64,000 nucleotides of DNA from Candidatus Bathyarchaeia archaeon (GTDB lineage: Archaea; Thermoproteota; Bathyarchaeia; Bathyarchaeales; Bathycorpusculaceae), in assembly GCA_050015395.1 (NCBI GenBank), contig JBEKBM010000003.1, positions 32,001-96,000 on the forward strand. The letters run 5' to 3'. Below, piece by piece: positions 39,009 through 48,824 of this stretch (the first letter of the stretch is position 1; every line of letters begins with the position of its first letter). The notes beneath the pieces are model-generated. The model ran no database searches and had not been told where the DNA came from. It saw nothing but the letters and a program-made list of their open reading frames with translations. The position numbers and the translations under genes are program-made.

Positions 39009-40097
39009 ATGGCTGAAAACCTAAAGTTCAGAAACCCCGAACTGGCGCAAAATATAGCGTCAAAAATCAAAAGCTTAGCGCCGAAAGCTGGAAAAATAAA
39101 AATCTGCCACGTCTGCGGAACCCACGAGTGGACAATAACGCATTATGGCTTGCGTAGTCTTTTGCCTGAGAATGTTGAGGTTATTGCTGGTCCAGGATGC
39201 CCCGTTTGCATTGTGCCAGCGGCTGAAATTGATGAAGCTGTACAGTTAGCACAGATGGGCATCGTGGTCACATGTTTCGGTGACGTGTTGCGTGTGCCCG
39301 GTAGCCAAATGTCGCTTTTAGAGGCTAAAGCGGCTGGCGCTGACGTCCGAATTGTATATGCGGTTTCTGACGCGGTTGAAATGGCAAAACATGAGCCCCA
39401 GAAGCAGTTTGCATTTTTCGCGGTCGGTTTCGAAACCACTGCTCCATCAACAGCGGTCGAAGCACTCGGCAACCCGCCAAAAAACCTTAGTTTTCTAGTT
39501 TCTCACCGTTTGATTCCTCCAGCCATGGAGCTGCTGCTCGGTGTGGGCGATTTGCAGATTGACGGTTTCATTGCGCCGGGGCATGTGAGTGCGATTATTG
39601 GTTTGAAGCCTTATGAGTTGTTTCCAAGGGTTTATCGGATGCCAACGGTTGTGGCTGGTTTTGAGCCGATTGACGTGTTGATGGCTATTTACATGATTGT
39701 AAAGCAGCAAAGCGAAGGGACGGCTAAGCTGGAGAATGAGTATCCGCGTGTGGTTAAGCCTGAAGGCAACATAAAGGCGCTGGAAATGATGAATAAAGCG
39801 TTCACTGTCACAGGCGGCAACTGGCGTGGCATCGGCAGGCTTCCAGACTCAGCGTTGCAGTTGCGTGAGTCGCTTGCAGATTACGATGCAAGGTTAAAAT
39901 ATGGTGTCCATGTAGAGCAGGGCAAAGATATACTGCTTGGCTGCGAATGCCACCTAGTAATCATCGGAAAAATCAAGCCCGACGAGTGCCCTATGTTCTT
40001 AAAGGCTTGCACGCCCGAGAAACCCGTCGGCGCATGCATGGTCAGCAACGAAGGCACCTGCAGGGTCTGGGCAAAAAACGTGGCTGCCCAAGGGTAG
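39009..40097 (+). CDS. hypD: Hydrogenase maturation protein
   Basis: VCGTH, GPGCPVC, GFETT, PGHVS, GACMVSNEGTC. Confidence 0.96.
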   Translation: MAENLKFRNPELAQNIASKIKSLAPKAGKIKICHVCGTHEWTITHYGLRSLLPENVEVIAGPGCPVCIVPAAEIDEAVQLAQMGIVVTCFGDVLRVPGSQMSLLEAKAAGADVRIVYAVSDAVEMAKHEPQKQFAFFAVGFETTAPSTAVEALGNPPKNLSFLVSHRLIPPAMELLLGVGDLQIDGFIAPGHVSAIIGLKPYELFPRVYRMPTVVAGFEPIDVLMAIYMIVKQQSEGTAKLENEYPRVVKPEGNIKALEMMNKAFTVTGGNWRGIGRLPDSALQLRESLADYDARLKYGVHVEQGKDILLGCECHLVIIGKIKPDECPMFLKACTPEKPVGACMVSNEGTCRVWAKNVAAQG

Positions 40098-40246
40098 GGC
40101 GAGCCATTGTATGACGATTCATTTACCTTGTGGACAAAAATCCGATTAAACACTTTACTAATTTGTCGAAGTGAGGAACACAAAGGGCTTAGCGCAAGTC
40201 ATAAATCGTTGGGCGCTGAATAGAATAATTGTTCGGGGCATATACA

Positions 40247-41173
40247 ATGAATTATTGGTTTATTGTTCACGGTTTAAAGGCTTATGAGCAACATAATGAT
40301 TTGATCGGCTGTAGATTGAAAAAGCCTGGTGTTCATGAACCTTGGTTCAAACAGTTCTCTGAAATCAAGAAGGGTGATAAGATTGTTTATTATGCAACTG
40401 GAAGCAATGTTATCGTTGGAATTTTTGTTATAGATTCCGACATGAGATATCTTCCTAATGACCCTTACTGGGATGACATGGTTTTTGACATCCGACCAAT
40501 AGAAATGCCTCCAAACGGTTACTACATGGACTTCAAGAAAGCGATCTCCATTGACAAACGAGCCAACTTTGACTTATTTCCTAAGAAGGAAACATGGTAT
40601 TCGTATCTACAGGGTAAGCCATGTAGGAAACTCTCAGAGCATGATTTTTTGATAATGAAAGACTATTTACGAAGAAGCGAATTGTTGGTTAAAATAAATG
40701 ATGTAAAACCGCCTGAAACAAAGAAGCCGAAAGACCTCATTGGAGAAGTGGAAAATAACAAATCATCTTTGCATGATTCATTTATTGATTCTCTGGTTAC
40801 AATCGGCGAGATTTTTGGCTTCGAATCAATAAGAAAGCCGAGCGTTAATGATTTGAGGCCCGAGGGTCAGCCATTCAAAGCTAAAGACAAGGCACTAGAT
40901 CTTGCTTGGAAGATTTTTGGCTTAACGTATGTTCCTTTCGAAGTGCAAGTCCATGGTAGCGTCCCCGATTTGATTTATAGGCTACATATGGTTCATCAAT
41001 GGTCCCTTAAGATTGTAGTTATTGCTGATGAAGAATGGCATGAAGAGATATTAGAAGCTGCGCAAGTGTACCCTTTTGCGGGAAAGCTGGTTTTAATTAA
41101 GCCTAAGGAAATAGAAAGTGCAAAAAGCAATTTTGAGGAATTAAAAAAACTGCGTCAAAAAATATTTGAATAG
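40247..41173 (+). CDS. EVE-domain protein fused to a PD-(D/E)XK-like nuclease domain
   Basis: MNYWF...IKKGDKIVYY..IVGIF (EVE/PUA-like); C-terminal LHD...DLAW...FEVQ. Confidence 0.7.
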   Translation: MNYWFIVHGLKAYEQHNDLIGCRLKKPGVHEPWFKQFSEIKKGDKIVYYATGSNVIVGIFVIDSDMRYLPNDPYWDDMVFDIRPIEMPPNGYYMDFKKAISIDKRANFDLFPKKETWYSYLQGKPCRKLSEHDFLIMKDYLRRSELLVKINDVKPPETKKPKDLIGEVENNKSSLHDSFIDSLVTIGEIFGFESIRKPSVNDLRPEGQPFKAKDKALDLAWKIFGLTYVPFEVQVHGSVPDLIYRLHMVHQWSLKIVVIADEEWHEEILEAAQVYPFAGKLVLIKPKEIESAKSNFEELKKLRQKIFE

Positions 41174-41252
41174 GCTTTTTCGAGGCTGATTTTCTTCTTT
41201 ATTTTTTTTGTGTTAGCCATTCAATGTATCTGTCCATGATGAATCAAGAGAT

Positions 41253-42320
41253 TTAGCAGATTCTTGGCACTGGGTCGCCTATGGGTCTTGCGATTATTCT
41301 TTTGCCGCCGACCTCTGTTTGCATGGCGACGCCTTTGAATTGTGTTGTGGCTTCGCCGATTATCTGCGCGTTTTTGCCCTCTTCCGTCTGCTTCAAAAAT
41401 TCCAGTGCTTCCTGCGCCTTCTCGTGAACGATGCCGATTATGTATTTTCCCTCATTTCCAACTTCCAGCGGGTCTAACCCAAGCATATCGCAAGCTGTTT
41501 GCACGTCCTGTCGAATGGGAACTTTGTCTTCATGTGTTAAAATGCCGACTTTTGATTTCTCAGCCCACTCATTAAGCGCATCAGCCAACCCACCTCTAGT
41601 CGGGTCTTTCACTGAGACTACTCCGCCTACCTCGCCCAGTAAGCGTTGCGTCATGCGGTTGAGCGGTCGCACATCCGACTTTATTTCGCTCCCGAAAGTC
41701 AAGCCCTGCTGCGCCGAAAGCACAGCTAACCCGTGGTCGCCGATTGTGCCAGTCAAGATGATTTTATCGCCCGCCACAAGGTTCGAGTCAAGCGTCCAAC
41801 GTGAGGCAACGCTTCGGTATTGCCGAGCCACTTTTATGTCGCTGTCTAAGGCGGGTGTTCTTTTGCCTATGCCTGAAACGTTCATGACCAAGCCGCCTAA
41901 ACTGCCCTTCTCCACCACCTTCGTGTCGCCCGTGACGATGCCGACGCCTGCTTCAATGCAGGTTTCCCGCATACTTACCAAAATCCTTTCTAAATCAGCA
42001 AGCGGCAAGCCTTCCTCCAAAATAAAACCGCAAGCCAACGCGTAAGGCTGCGCGCCCATAGCTGAAATATCATTAACGGTGCCTGAAATTGCCAAGCGCC
42101 CAATGTCACCGCCCGGGAAAAATATGGGTTTAACCGCGTGAGAATCACTCTTAAACACCACATCGCCGATGACTGCGGCGTCATCCATAGCTTCCAATGG
42201 CACCTCAGCATCGTTGCCTAAACCGCCAAAATATTTTACAATATAGTTTTTGACTAGGTTGTGCATGACTGTGCCGCCAGCACCATGCAGCATGGTGATC
42301 TTTTCGTTTTTGCTTGGCAT
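41253..42320 (-). CDS. hypE: Hydrogenase maturation dehydratase
   Basis: HGAGG, PIFFPGGDIG, GDTKVV, DPTRGG, C-terminal PRIC. Confidence 0.96.
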   Translation of the reverse strand: MPSKNEKITMLHGAGGTVMHNLVKNYIVKYFGGLGNDAEVPLEAMDDAAVIGDVVFKSDSHAVKPIFFPGGDIGRLAISGTVNDISAMGAQPYALACGFILEEGLPLADLERILVSMRETCIEAGVGIVTGDTKVVEKGSLGGLVMNVSGIGKRTPALDSDIKVARQYRSVASRWTLDSNLVAGDKIILTGTIGDHGLAVLSAQQGLTFGSEIKSDVRPLNRMTQRLLGEVGGVVSVKDPTRGGLADALNEWAEKSKVGILTHEDKVPIRQDVQTACDMLGLDPLEVGNEGKYIIGIVHEKAQEALEFLKQTEEGKNAQIIGEATTQFKGVAMQTEVGGKRIIARPIGDPVPRIC

Positions 42321-42462
42321 TCCTTGCTTCCTGCTTAATAGATACAATAGCAAATACTCTGAGAAGTGAAACATAAACAAATCGCCATAGGAAACAGTTT
42401 TTAGTTTAACAAAACTTATTTTTAGCGGCTTCATCCATTATAAAATCTCAGGTGAATAACAA

Positions 42463-42657
42463 GTGACTGTGGCTATCGACGAAGATGAAGTGAAGCTGGT
42501 TCTTGAAAAACTTGACACGGTGAAACTTGAACTTTTACGTTTAAGAGCTATGCTTTTGTCTGAAGAGGAAGCAACTGACGAAGAGAAAAAAGAACTGGTT
42601 AAAGCCAAAAAAGAAATAGAAAAAGGGTCAAAAGTCAAATTAGAGGAATTTTTTTAA
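42463..42657 (+). CDS. Small acidic coiled-coil protein (orphan antitoxin-like)
   Basis: GGTGA SD; ELLRLRAMLLSEEE...KKEIEKG. Confidence 0.55.
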   Translation: MTVAIDEDEVKLVLEKLDTVKLELLRLRAMLLSEEEATDEEKKELVKAKKEIEKGSKVKLEEFF

Positions 42658-42922
42658 AGCTTCTCGGAAAGCATGAAACATTAAATTTTTAATTGATAGG
42701 ACGTGCTTTTCTAGGTTTCGAGCGACTATGTAGAGCCAAGAGCCTTTTTTTGGAAAAACTATAAAAGCTTAAACGTAGTCCAAAAATTATACACCTCGCG
42801 AAACGAAATTCATCCCTCTATCAGGGAACTTAACTAGTCGGTTTAGACTAAAATCTTAGTTGTGATACGGAAAGCCATATAAATTGCTTTTACGTGTTTG
42901 ATTGCGCATCGGAGATATAATA

Positions 42923-43408
42923 ATGCCAAAATGGGGATACTCAATAATCGAAGAAATGCTTGATCCAGAAAAAACAGCGAAAGCAAGCGGTAGAGAACTC
43001 AAAGTATCCCATAAAGCGGCAAGAGAAGTCTGCAAAGCCATCAAAGGCATGATGCTAAACGATGCGAAACAGTATTTGCGGGATGTTGCAGCCAAAAAGA
43101 AGGCTGTTCCCTACATGAGGTACAACAAAAAACTGCCCCATCGCCATGGGCTCATAAATGCCTTTTGTGGACGATACCCAATCAAAGCTTCACAACAAAT
43201 CCTCGACGTCCTAGGATCGGCGCAGTCAAACGCTGAAAATAAAGGTTTAGACGTAGATAGGTTGCGCATAATTCACGCAGCAGCCTACCAAGGCATCAAA
43301 CTAAAACGTTACATGAAAAGAGCGCACGGTAGAGCTTCACCAAAATATGACACTACAACGCACGTCGAAATAGTTCTAGACGAGAAACCCACCCAAGGAG
43401 CACAATAA
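42923..43408 (+). CDS. rpl22p: 50S ribosomal protein L22
   Basis: MPKWGYS, GRYPIKA, NAENKGLD, RAHGRA. Confidence 0.96.
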   Translation: MPKWGYSIIEEMLDPEKTAKASGRELKVSHKAAREVCKAIKGMMLNDAKQYLRDVAAKKKAVPYMRYNKKLPHRHGLINAFCGRYPIKASQQILDVLGSAQSNAENKGLDVDRLRIIHAAAYQGIKLKRYMKRAHGRASPKYDTTTHVEIVLDEKPTQGAQ

Positions 43409-44137
43409 ATGAGCATAGTCAAACGTTTTATAACAGAATCAATCAAAAGAACAGAAATAGATGAATTTTTACAAAAAAAACTTGACAGAGCCGGATACGG
43501 CGGAGTAAACATTTCCAAAACTCCGCTTGGAACTCATGTTGTAATTTACGCCATGCGTCCAGGTTTAGTCATCGGCAGAGGCGGAGAAACAATAAAAGAA
43601 CTCGCCTCAGCCCTAGAGCAAAACTTCAAAGTTTCCAATCCTCAGATTTCAGTTTCAGAAATCGAAGTTCCAGAATTCAACGCTTACGTGGTCGCGTCAC
43701 GAGTTGCCTCAGCGCTTCAGCGAGGCGTTCACTTTAGGCGCGCAGGTTTTTGGGCATTAAATCAAGTTATGGAAGCAGGCGCACTTGGCGCTGAAATAGT
43801 TATAAGCGGAAAACTTAGCACGGAACGAGCACGTTTTGAAAAGTTCAGAGCTGGCTACTTCCCACGATGCGGAGAGCCAGCTTTAGTGGCTATGAGAAAA
43901 GCTGAAGCTCATGTCCTATTAAAACCAGGCATTATCGGCGTGAGAGTAAAAATTATGCCGCCGGACGCGTATTTCCCTGATAGAATCAAAATTCTCGAGG
44001 CAGCGCCCGAGGAAGAAAAAATAGCTGTTCCAAAGCAAGCACCACTTCAAACTAAAGAAGAGTCTCAGGCAGAGCCAGAAGCAGAAGTACAAGCAACAGA
44101 AATCGCAGACGAACCAAAAGAGGAGGCAAAAAAGTAA
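43409..44137 (+). CDS. rps3p: 30S ribosomal protein S3
   Basis: RPGLVIGRGG KH motif, GAEIVISGKL. Confidence 0.96.
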   Translation: MSIVKRFITESIKRTEIDEFLQKKLDRAGYGGVNISKTPLGTHVVIYAMRPGLVIGRGGETIKELASALEQNFKVSNPQISVSEIEVPEFNAYVVASRVASALQRGVHFRRAGFWALNQVMEAGALGAEIVISGKLSTERARFEKFRAGYFPRCGEPALVAMRKAEAHVLLKPGIIGVRVKIMPPDAYFPDRIKILEAAPEEEKIAVPKQAPLQTKEESQAEPEAEVQATEIADEPKEEAKK

Positions 44138-44443
44138 ATGCCAAGAATGCGAATCAAAGAAATCGTCGACATGTCCTCTGAAGATAGAACAAAGAAACTT
44201 GTTGATTTACGCGTTGAACTAGTCCGCCTCAGAACCATGATTAACGCAGGCGGAGCAGTTGAAAACCCAACAAGAGTAAGAGAACTGCGAAAAACAATCG
44301 CTCAAATATTAACAGTGGAAAACGAGAATAAATTGGGAATTAGGAAAGCCTCTGAGGAACCTGAGAAGAAACAAAAGAAAAAAGCAGAGAAACCAGCAAA
44401 GAAGCCTGAGGCTGAAAAAGAAACTGAGGAGACTTCCCAATGA
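44138..44443 (+). CDS. rpl29: 50S ribosomal protein L29
   Basis: ENPTRVRELRKTIAQILT; charged tail. Confidence 0.93.
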   Translation: MPRMRIKEIVDMSSEDRTKKLVDLRVELVRLRTMINAGGAVENPTRVRELRKTIAQILTVENENKLGIRKASEEPEKKQKKKAEKPAKKPEAEKETEETSQ

Positions 44444-44721
44444 AAGTAACCCCCGATATTATTCGTTATGAGTTTATTGGCGCTGAAGGCAAAGTCGCCA
44501 GAAGCCCTCATGAATGCTACGTTGGCTTAGGCGGCAAAGTCGTTGGCGAAACAAAAAACACTTTCACTTTCCTACGGGAAGGGCAAGCGAAGAGTGTAAT
44601 TAAAGAATCAGCCGTCTTCAACTTTAAGTTTGATGATGGCACAGTTGTAGAGATTGACGGTAAACTTTTAGTCGGCAGATCTGAGGATCGACTTAAAAAA
44701 AGCATTAAGAGGTTATGGTAA
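44440..44721 (+). CDS. rnp1: RNase P protein component 1 (Rpp29)
   Basis: EFIG...GKVVGETKNT...IDGKLLVGRSEDRLKK. Confidence 0.92.
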   Translation: MKVTPDIIRYEFIGAEGKVARSPHECYVGLGGKVVGETKNTFTFLREGQAKSVIKESAVFNFKFDDGTVVEIDGKLLVGRSEDRLKKSIKRLW

Positions 44722-45041
44722 TGTCATTATCTTTTAAGCAACCTAAAAAAACATGCGATGACCAAAACTGTCCATTCCATGGGACTCTTGCAATAAGAGG
44801 GCGTGTGCTCGACGGCAGAGTCCACACGGCTAAAATGGATAAAACCGTTATAGTTGACAGAGAATTCTTACAGTTCTCATCGAAATTCCAACGGTACGAA
44901 CGAAGGCACGGTCACATTGCATCCCACAACCCACCATGTATCGATGTTAAAGAAGGCGACAGAGTAAGAATCGCCGAGTGCAGACCAGTCAGCAAAACCG
45001 TTTCTTTTGTTGTGGTTGAAAAATTAGGAGAGGAGAAGTAG
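44721..45041 (+). CDS. rps17p: 30S ribosomal protein S17
   Basis: CDDQNCPFHG, AECRPVSKT. Confidence 0.96.
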   Translation: MSLSFKQPKKTCDDQNCPFHGTLAIRGRVLDGRVHTAKMDKTVIVDREFLQFSSKFQRYERRHGHIASHNPPCIDVKEGDRVRIAECRPVSKTVSFVVVEKLGEEK

Positions 45042-45042
45042 A

Positions 45043-45483
45043 ATGGCGGCAAAAGCAAAACAGAGAGCACTTGTAGCAAAAGGAATGCTTTCACACGGAC
45101 AAAAAATTAGCCGTGGTCTTTTATCAGGTTCAGAATTAAAGTGCGCCGATAACACGGGTGCACGAGTACTGCGCTTGATTCAGGCCATGGGTTATAAAGG
45201 TCGACTGCGACGTTACCCATCTGCCACTGTAGGCGATAAAGTAACGGTTTCTGTTAGGCAAGGGTCGCCTGACATGAGGAAAAAGATTTTCCAAGCAGTA
45301 ATTGTTCGTCAAAGAAAAACTTTCAGACGCGTGGATGGTGTTTGGGTTCAGTTTGAAGATAACGCGGCAGTAATCATTACTCCTGATGGTGAAATGAAAG
45401 GTTCAGAAATAAGAGGTCCAGTAGCTAGAGAGGCAGCCGAAAGATGGCCAAGAATTGCAAGTGCCTCCAGCATAATAGTGTAG
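45043..45483 (+). CDS. rpl14p: 50S ribosomal protein L14
   Basis: CADNTGA, FEDNAAV, GPVAREAA. Confidence 0.96.
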   Translation: MAAKAKQRALVAKGMLSHGQKISRGLLSGSELKCADNTGARVLRLIQAMGYKGRLRRYPSATVGDKVTVSVRQGSPDMRKKIFQAVIVRQRKTFRRVDGVWVQFEDNAAVIITPDGEMKGSEIRGPVAREAAERWPRIASASSIIV

Positions 45484-45494
45484 GTGCAAAGACG

Positions 45495-46388
45495 ATGCAA
45501 GATACTAAACGAGTAAAAAATCCTGATAAACAACGAAAAAAGCTTTTTAACGCTCCTGCTCACCTGCGCCACAAGCGTATGGCGGCTCCCCTATCAAACG
45601 AGCTCGCTGCTTCAAGAGGCGCAAAAACTCTTCCAGTAAGAAAGGGCGACACAGTTCGCATTCAACGCGGAGACAACAAGGGCTTTGAAGGCAAAGTTTC
45701 ACGCGTTGACACGAAAGAATACCGAATCTACATTGAAGGGTTTACACGTGAAAAGGTTGATGGTACAAACATTTTCCTTCCAGTTCACCCGTCCAAAGTT
45801 GAAATAAGAAATCTCAACCTTGACGATAAATGGCGAAAAGACATCATCCTTGGCAGAAAGAAGGAAATAGAAAAGCCTGAGAAAAAAGAAAAAGAAAAAG
45901 CAAAACCATCAAAGAAAGTTGAAAAGACTCCAGAGCAGCCGCAAGCAAAGGTTGAAGAGATAGAAGAAGAAAAACCTGTTGAAGCACCATCAATTGAAGA
46001 AAAAGCAGCAGCGCCTGAAATTGCAAAAGAAGAAGCACCAGCAGAACAAGTTCCTGAGAAAGTAGCAGAGAAGGCAGTGGAAAAAGCTCCAGCAGCCAAG
46101 AAGCCTGCAGCAAAGAAAGCGCCAGCCAAGAAGCCTGCAGCCAAGAAGCCTGTAGCCAAGAAACCTGCCGCTAAAAAAGTAGCCGCAGCGAAAAAGAAAC
46201 CTGCCAAGGAAGAAGCTCCGGTAGAAGAAGAAAAGGCGCCTGCTAAAAAGGCAGCAAGGCCAAGGACAGCAGCAAAGAAAACAGCTGCATCGAAAGAAGC
46301 ACCAGCAAAAGAGGCGGTAGCCAAGAAAACGGCGCCTAAGCCGCGTGCTAAACGTAAAACCTCTAAAGAAACTGAGGGAGGACAATAA
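45495..46388 (+). CDS. rpl24p: 50S ribosomal protein L24 with long low-complexity C-terminal extension
   Basis: QRKKLFNAPAH, PVRKGDTV, HPSKV; about 170-aa E/K/A/P tail. Confidence 0.95.
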   Translation: MQDTKRVKNPDKQRKKLFNAPAHLRHKRMAAPLSNELAASRGAKTLPVRKGDTVRIQRGDNKGFEGKVSRVDTKEYRIYIEGFTREKVDGTNIFLPVHPSKVEIRNLNLDDKWRKDIILGRKKEIEKPEKKEKEKAKPSKKVEKTPEQPQAKVEEIEEEKPVEAPSIEEKAAAPEIAKEEAPAEQVPEKVAEKAVEKAPAAKKPAAKKAPAKKPAAKKPVAKKPAAKKVAAAKKKPAKEEAPVEEEKAPAKKAARPRTAAKKTAASKEAPAKEAVAKKTAPKPRAKRKTSKETEGGQ

Positions 46389-46390
46389 TT

Positions 46391-47155
46391 TTGGGTAAAA
46401 AAGGAAAAACAGCAAGGCTGAAACGTAAGCCAGCTCCAAGGTTCTGGCCAATTCACAGAAAAGATCTGCCATGGATAGTGAAGCCCTCATCTGGTTCTCA
46501 CTCGCTCCAGAGTTGTCTACCATTAACGTTAGTTCTTCGAGACATTCTAGGCATTGCGCAAACAAGGAAAGAAGGCAAATTGATACTTGCTCAAGGCAAA
46601 GTACAGGTTGACGGGAAAGTCAGGAAAAAAGATGATTTTCCAGTCGGCTTGATGGATGTTATCTCCATGCCTGATGCAAACAAGTATTACCGTGTAATGC
46701 CGTCCAATAAGGGGCTGGTTTTAAATCCAATAAGCAAAGAAGAAGCAAACTTCAAACTAGTTCGCGTTGAAGATAAAACCACTGTTAAAAACGGCATGCA
46801 AATCGCACTTCATGACGGCTCAAACATACTCATAAAAGTTGCAGACCCGAAAAAACCATCAGAAGTCACCTACGACACTTTTGATATTCTAAAAATCGCT
46901 TATCCAGAAAAACAAGTAGTTCTTAGCTTGAAAACCAAGGAAGGAAACTTAGCAGTGATTACTGGCGGAAAAAACATCGGCAAACAAGGCAAAATCGTTG
47001 AAATAGAAAAGACTGAGGCTAAAAAACGACGGCAAGCCCTAGTAGTTATAGAAGACGCGAGCGGTGTTCGTTATCAAACAATCTTAGACTTCATCTTTTC
47101 CATAGGTGAAGCTGAACCATTAATAGGTGTACCGGAGGCATCTGCGGTTGTCTGA
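46391..47155 (+). CDS. rps4e: 30S ribosomal protein S4e
   Basis: LKRKPAPRFWPI, FPVGLMDVI, HDGSN. Confidence 0.96.
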   Translation: MGKKGKTARLKRKPAPRFWPIHRKDLPWIVKPSSGSHSLQSCLPLTLVLRDILGIAQTRKEGKLILAQGKVQVDGKVRKKDDFPVGLMDVISMPDANKYYRVMPSNKGLVLNPISKEEANFKLVRVEDKTTVKNGMQIALHDGSNILIKVADPKKPSEVTYDTFDILKIAYPEKQVVLSLKTKEGNLAVITGGKNIGKQGKIVEIEKTEAKKRRQALVVIEDASGVRYQTILDFIFSIGEAEPLIGVPEASAVV

Positions 47156-47690
47156 GGAAGTTGCTTTAGTTAAGAGCTGGGAAGAGCATCCAATGCTCAA
47201 GCCCCGAATTGAAAAAGTTGTGGTGAACCTTAACGTTGGAAAATCAGGTGAGCCGCTTGAAAAAGCTAATAAAGTGCTCAAAGAAATAACGGGTCAGACG
47301 CCGATAAAGAAAAAAGCTAAAAAAACTATCCGTGACTTTGGCATACGTGAAGGAGAATCAATCGCTGTTGTCGTAACACTGCGAAAGCAAAAGGCAATTG
47401 ACTTCCTAAAGAAAGTGTTATCTGTCGTTGATAACAAGATTTCAAAGTCTTCTTTTGATGTGCATGGTAACTTTGCTTTCGGTCTTAAAGAGCACATTGA
47501 AATTCCAGGTGTAAAATATGACCCTGACATAGGCATCTTTGGAATGGATATTTGTGTTTCTGTTAATCGTCCAGGGCAACGAGTGAAAATTCGACGCAAA
47601 GAAAAGCAAGCCATTGGTCGTAAGCACATGTTAACACCTGAAGAATCAATTATCTTCGTCAAACAAACGTTAGGAGTCGAAATCGTTTAA
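47148..47690 (+). CDS. rpl5p: 50S ribosomal protein L5
   Basis: IEKVVVN, FGIREG, GNFAFG, YDPDIGIFGMD. Confidence 0.96.
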   Translation: MSEEVALVKSWEEHPMLKPRIEKVVVNLNVGKSGEPLEKANKVLKEITGQTPIKKKAKKTIRDFGIREGESIAVVVTLRKQKAIDFLKKVLSVVDNKISKSSFDVHGNFAFGLKEHIEIPGVKYDPDIGIFGMDICVSVNRPGQRVKIRRKEKQAIGRKHMLTPEESIIFVKQTLGVEIV

Positions 47691-47705
47691 ACAGAGGCTG
47701 AATGT

Positions 47706-47870
47706 ATGGGAAAACAACAATTGAAGAAAACACGAAAATACGGCAAAGGTTCACGGCCATGCGTCAGATGCGGCTCTTATGGGCCAGTTATTCGACGGTA
47801 CAATTTATATTTATGTAGGCACTGTTTCAGAGAAGCAGCCCCAAAACTTGGGTTCAAAAAATATGAGTAG
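47706..47870 (+). CDS. rps14p: 30S ribosomal protein S14 (not in ORF track)
   Basis: [23 protein letters not shown]...[12 protein letters not shown]...GFKKYE. Confidence 0.95.
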   Translation: MGKQQLKKTRKYGKGSRPCVRCGSYGPVIRRYNLYLCRHCFREAAPKLGFKKYE

Positions 47871-47883
47871 GAGCTAAAAAAAC

Positions 47884-48267
47884 ATGGACACTTTAACAAA
47901 TGGATTGATCACCATCGTAAACAATGAAATGCGAAACAAGCGCGAATGCATAATTAGCCCTGCCTCTAAACTTTTGGGGCGAGTCCTACGCATAATGCAA
48001 CTAAACGGTTACATAGGCGAATTCGAGTTTATCGACGATGGACGCTCTGGAAAATTCAAAGTTCAATTATTAGGCAGAATAAACAAGTGTGGACCAATTA
48101 AACCACGCTACCCAGCTAAAGTGGGTGAATTTGAAGATTGGGAAAAGAAGTACTTGCCCTCCAGAGACTTAGGGATAATGGTTGTTTCCACTTCAAAAGG
48201 CGTAATAGCACACAAGGATGCTGAAGAAAAAAACATTGGAGGAAGGCTGTTAGCCTTCGTGTATTAG
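47884..48267 (+). CDS. rps8p: 30S ribosomal protein S8
   Basis: [31 protein letters not shown]. Confidence 0.96.
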   Translation: MDTLTNGLITIVNNEMRNKRECIISPASKLLGRVLRIMQLNGYIGEFEFIDDGRSGKFKVQLLGRINKCGPIKPRYPAKVGEFEDWEKKYLPSRDLGIMVVSTSKGVIAHKDAEEKNIGGRLLAFVY

Positions 48268-48278
48268 GGGTGTAATTT

Positions 48279-48824
48279 ATGCGGCTTCCAGAAATATCTA
48301 AAACTATTCAGGTTCCTGATAACGTGGACGTCAGCCTAGAAGGCAAAAAAGTCAACGTTAAGGGTGCAAAAGGGTCCTTAACACGCGACTTTTCCTTTGT
48401 TCCAATCGCAATAGAAGGCGAGGGCAAAAATATTCGCGTTTGGGCAAAGTGGCCACGCAAAAAGGAAGCCGCTCTTGTAGGAACAATATACTCGCACATT
48501 CAAAACATGATTACTGGAGTAACAAAAGGCTACTCATATAAACTAAAAATCGTGTTCTCGCATTTCCCAATTTCAGTAAAGATTCAAGACAAATCTGTTT
48601 TGATTGAAAACTTTACTGGAGAACGCAAGGCACGCATAGTAAAAATAATCGGCGATGTCAAAGTGAAAATTGAACCTGAAGACATCATTGTTGAAGGCGT
48701 AAACTTGGAAGATGTAAGCCAAACCGCCGCTAACATTGAACAAGCTACAAGAGTAAGACGCAAAGACCCACGTGTTTTCCTTGACGGCATATACGTATAT
48801 GAAAAAAATGAGGGAGTTGCCTAA
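48279..48824 (+). CDS. rpl6p: 50S ribosomal protein L6
   Basis: HIQNMITGV, SHFP, DPRVFLDGIY. Confidence 0.96.
   Translation: MRLPEISKTIQVPDNVDVSLEGKKVNVKGAKGSLTRDFSFVPIAIEGEGKNIRVWAKWPRKKEAALVGTIYSHIQNMITGVTKGYSYKLKIVFSHFPISVKIQDKSVLIENFTGERKARIVKIIGDVKVKIEPEDIIVEGVNLEDVSQTAANIEQATRVRRKDPRVFLDGIYVYEKNEGVA

Noticed and set aside
45785-46565. Long antisense ORFs over rpl24
   Set aside because: Shadows of the low-complexity tail; the same applies to most antisense ORFs in the track.
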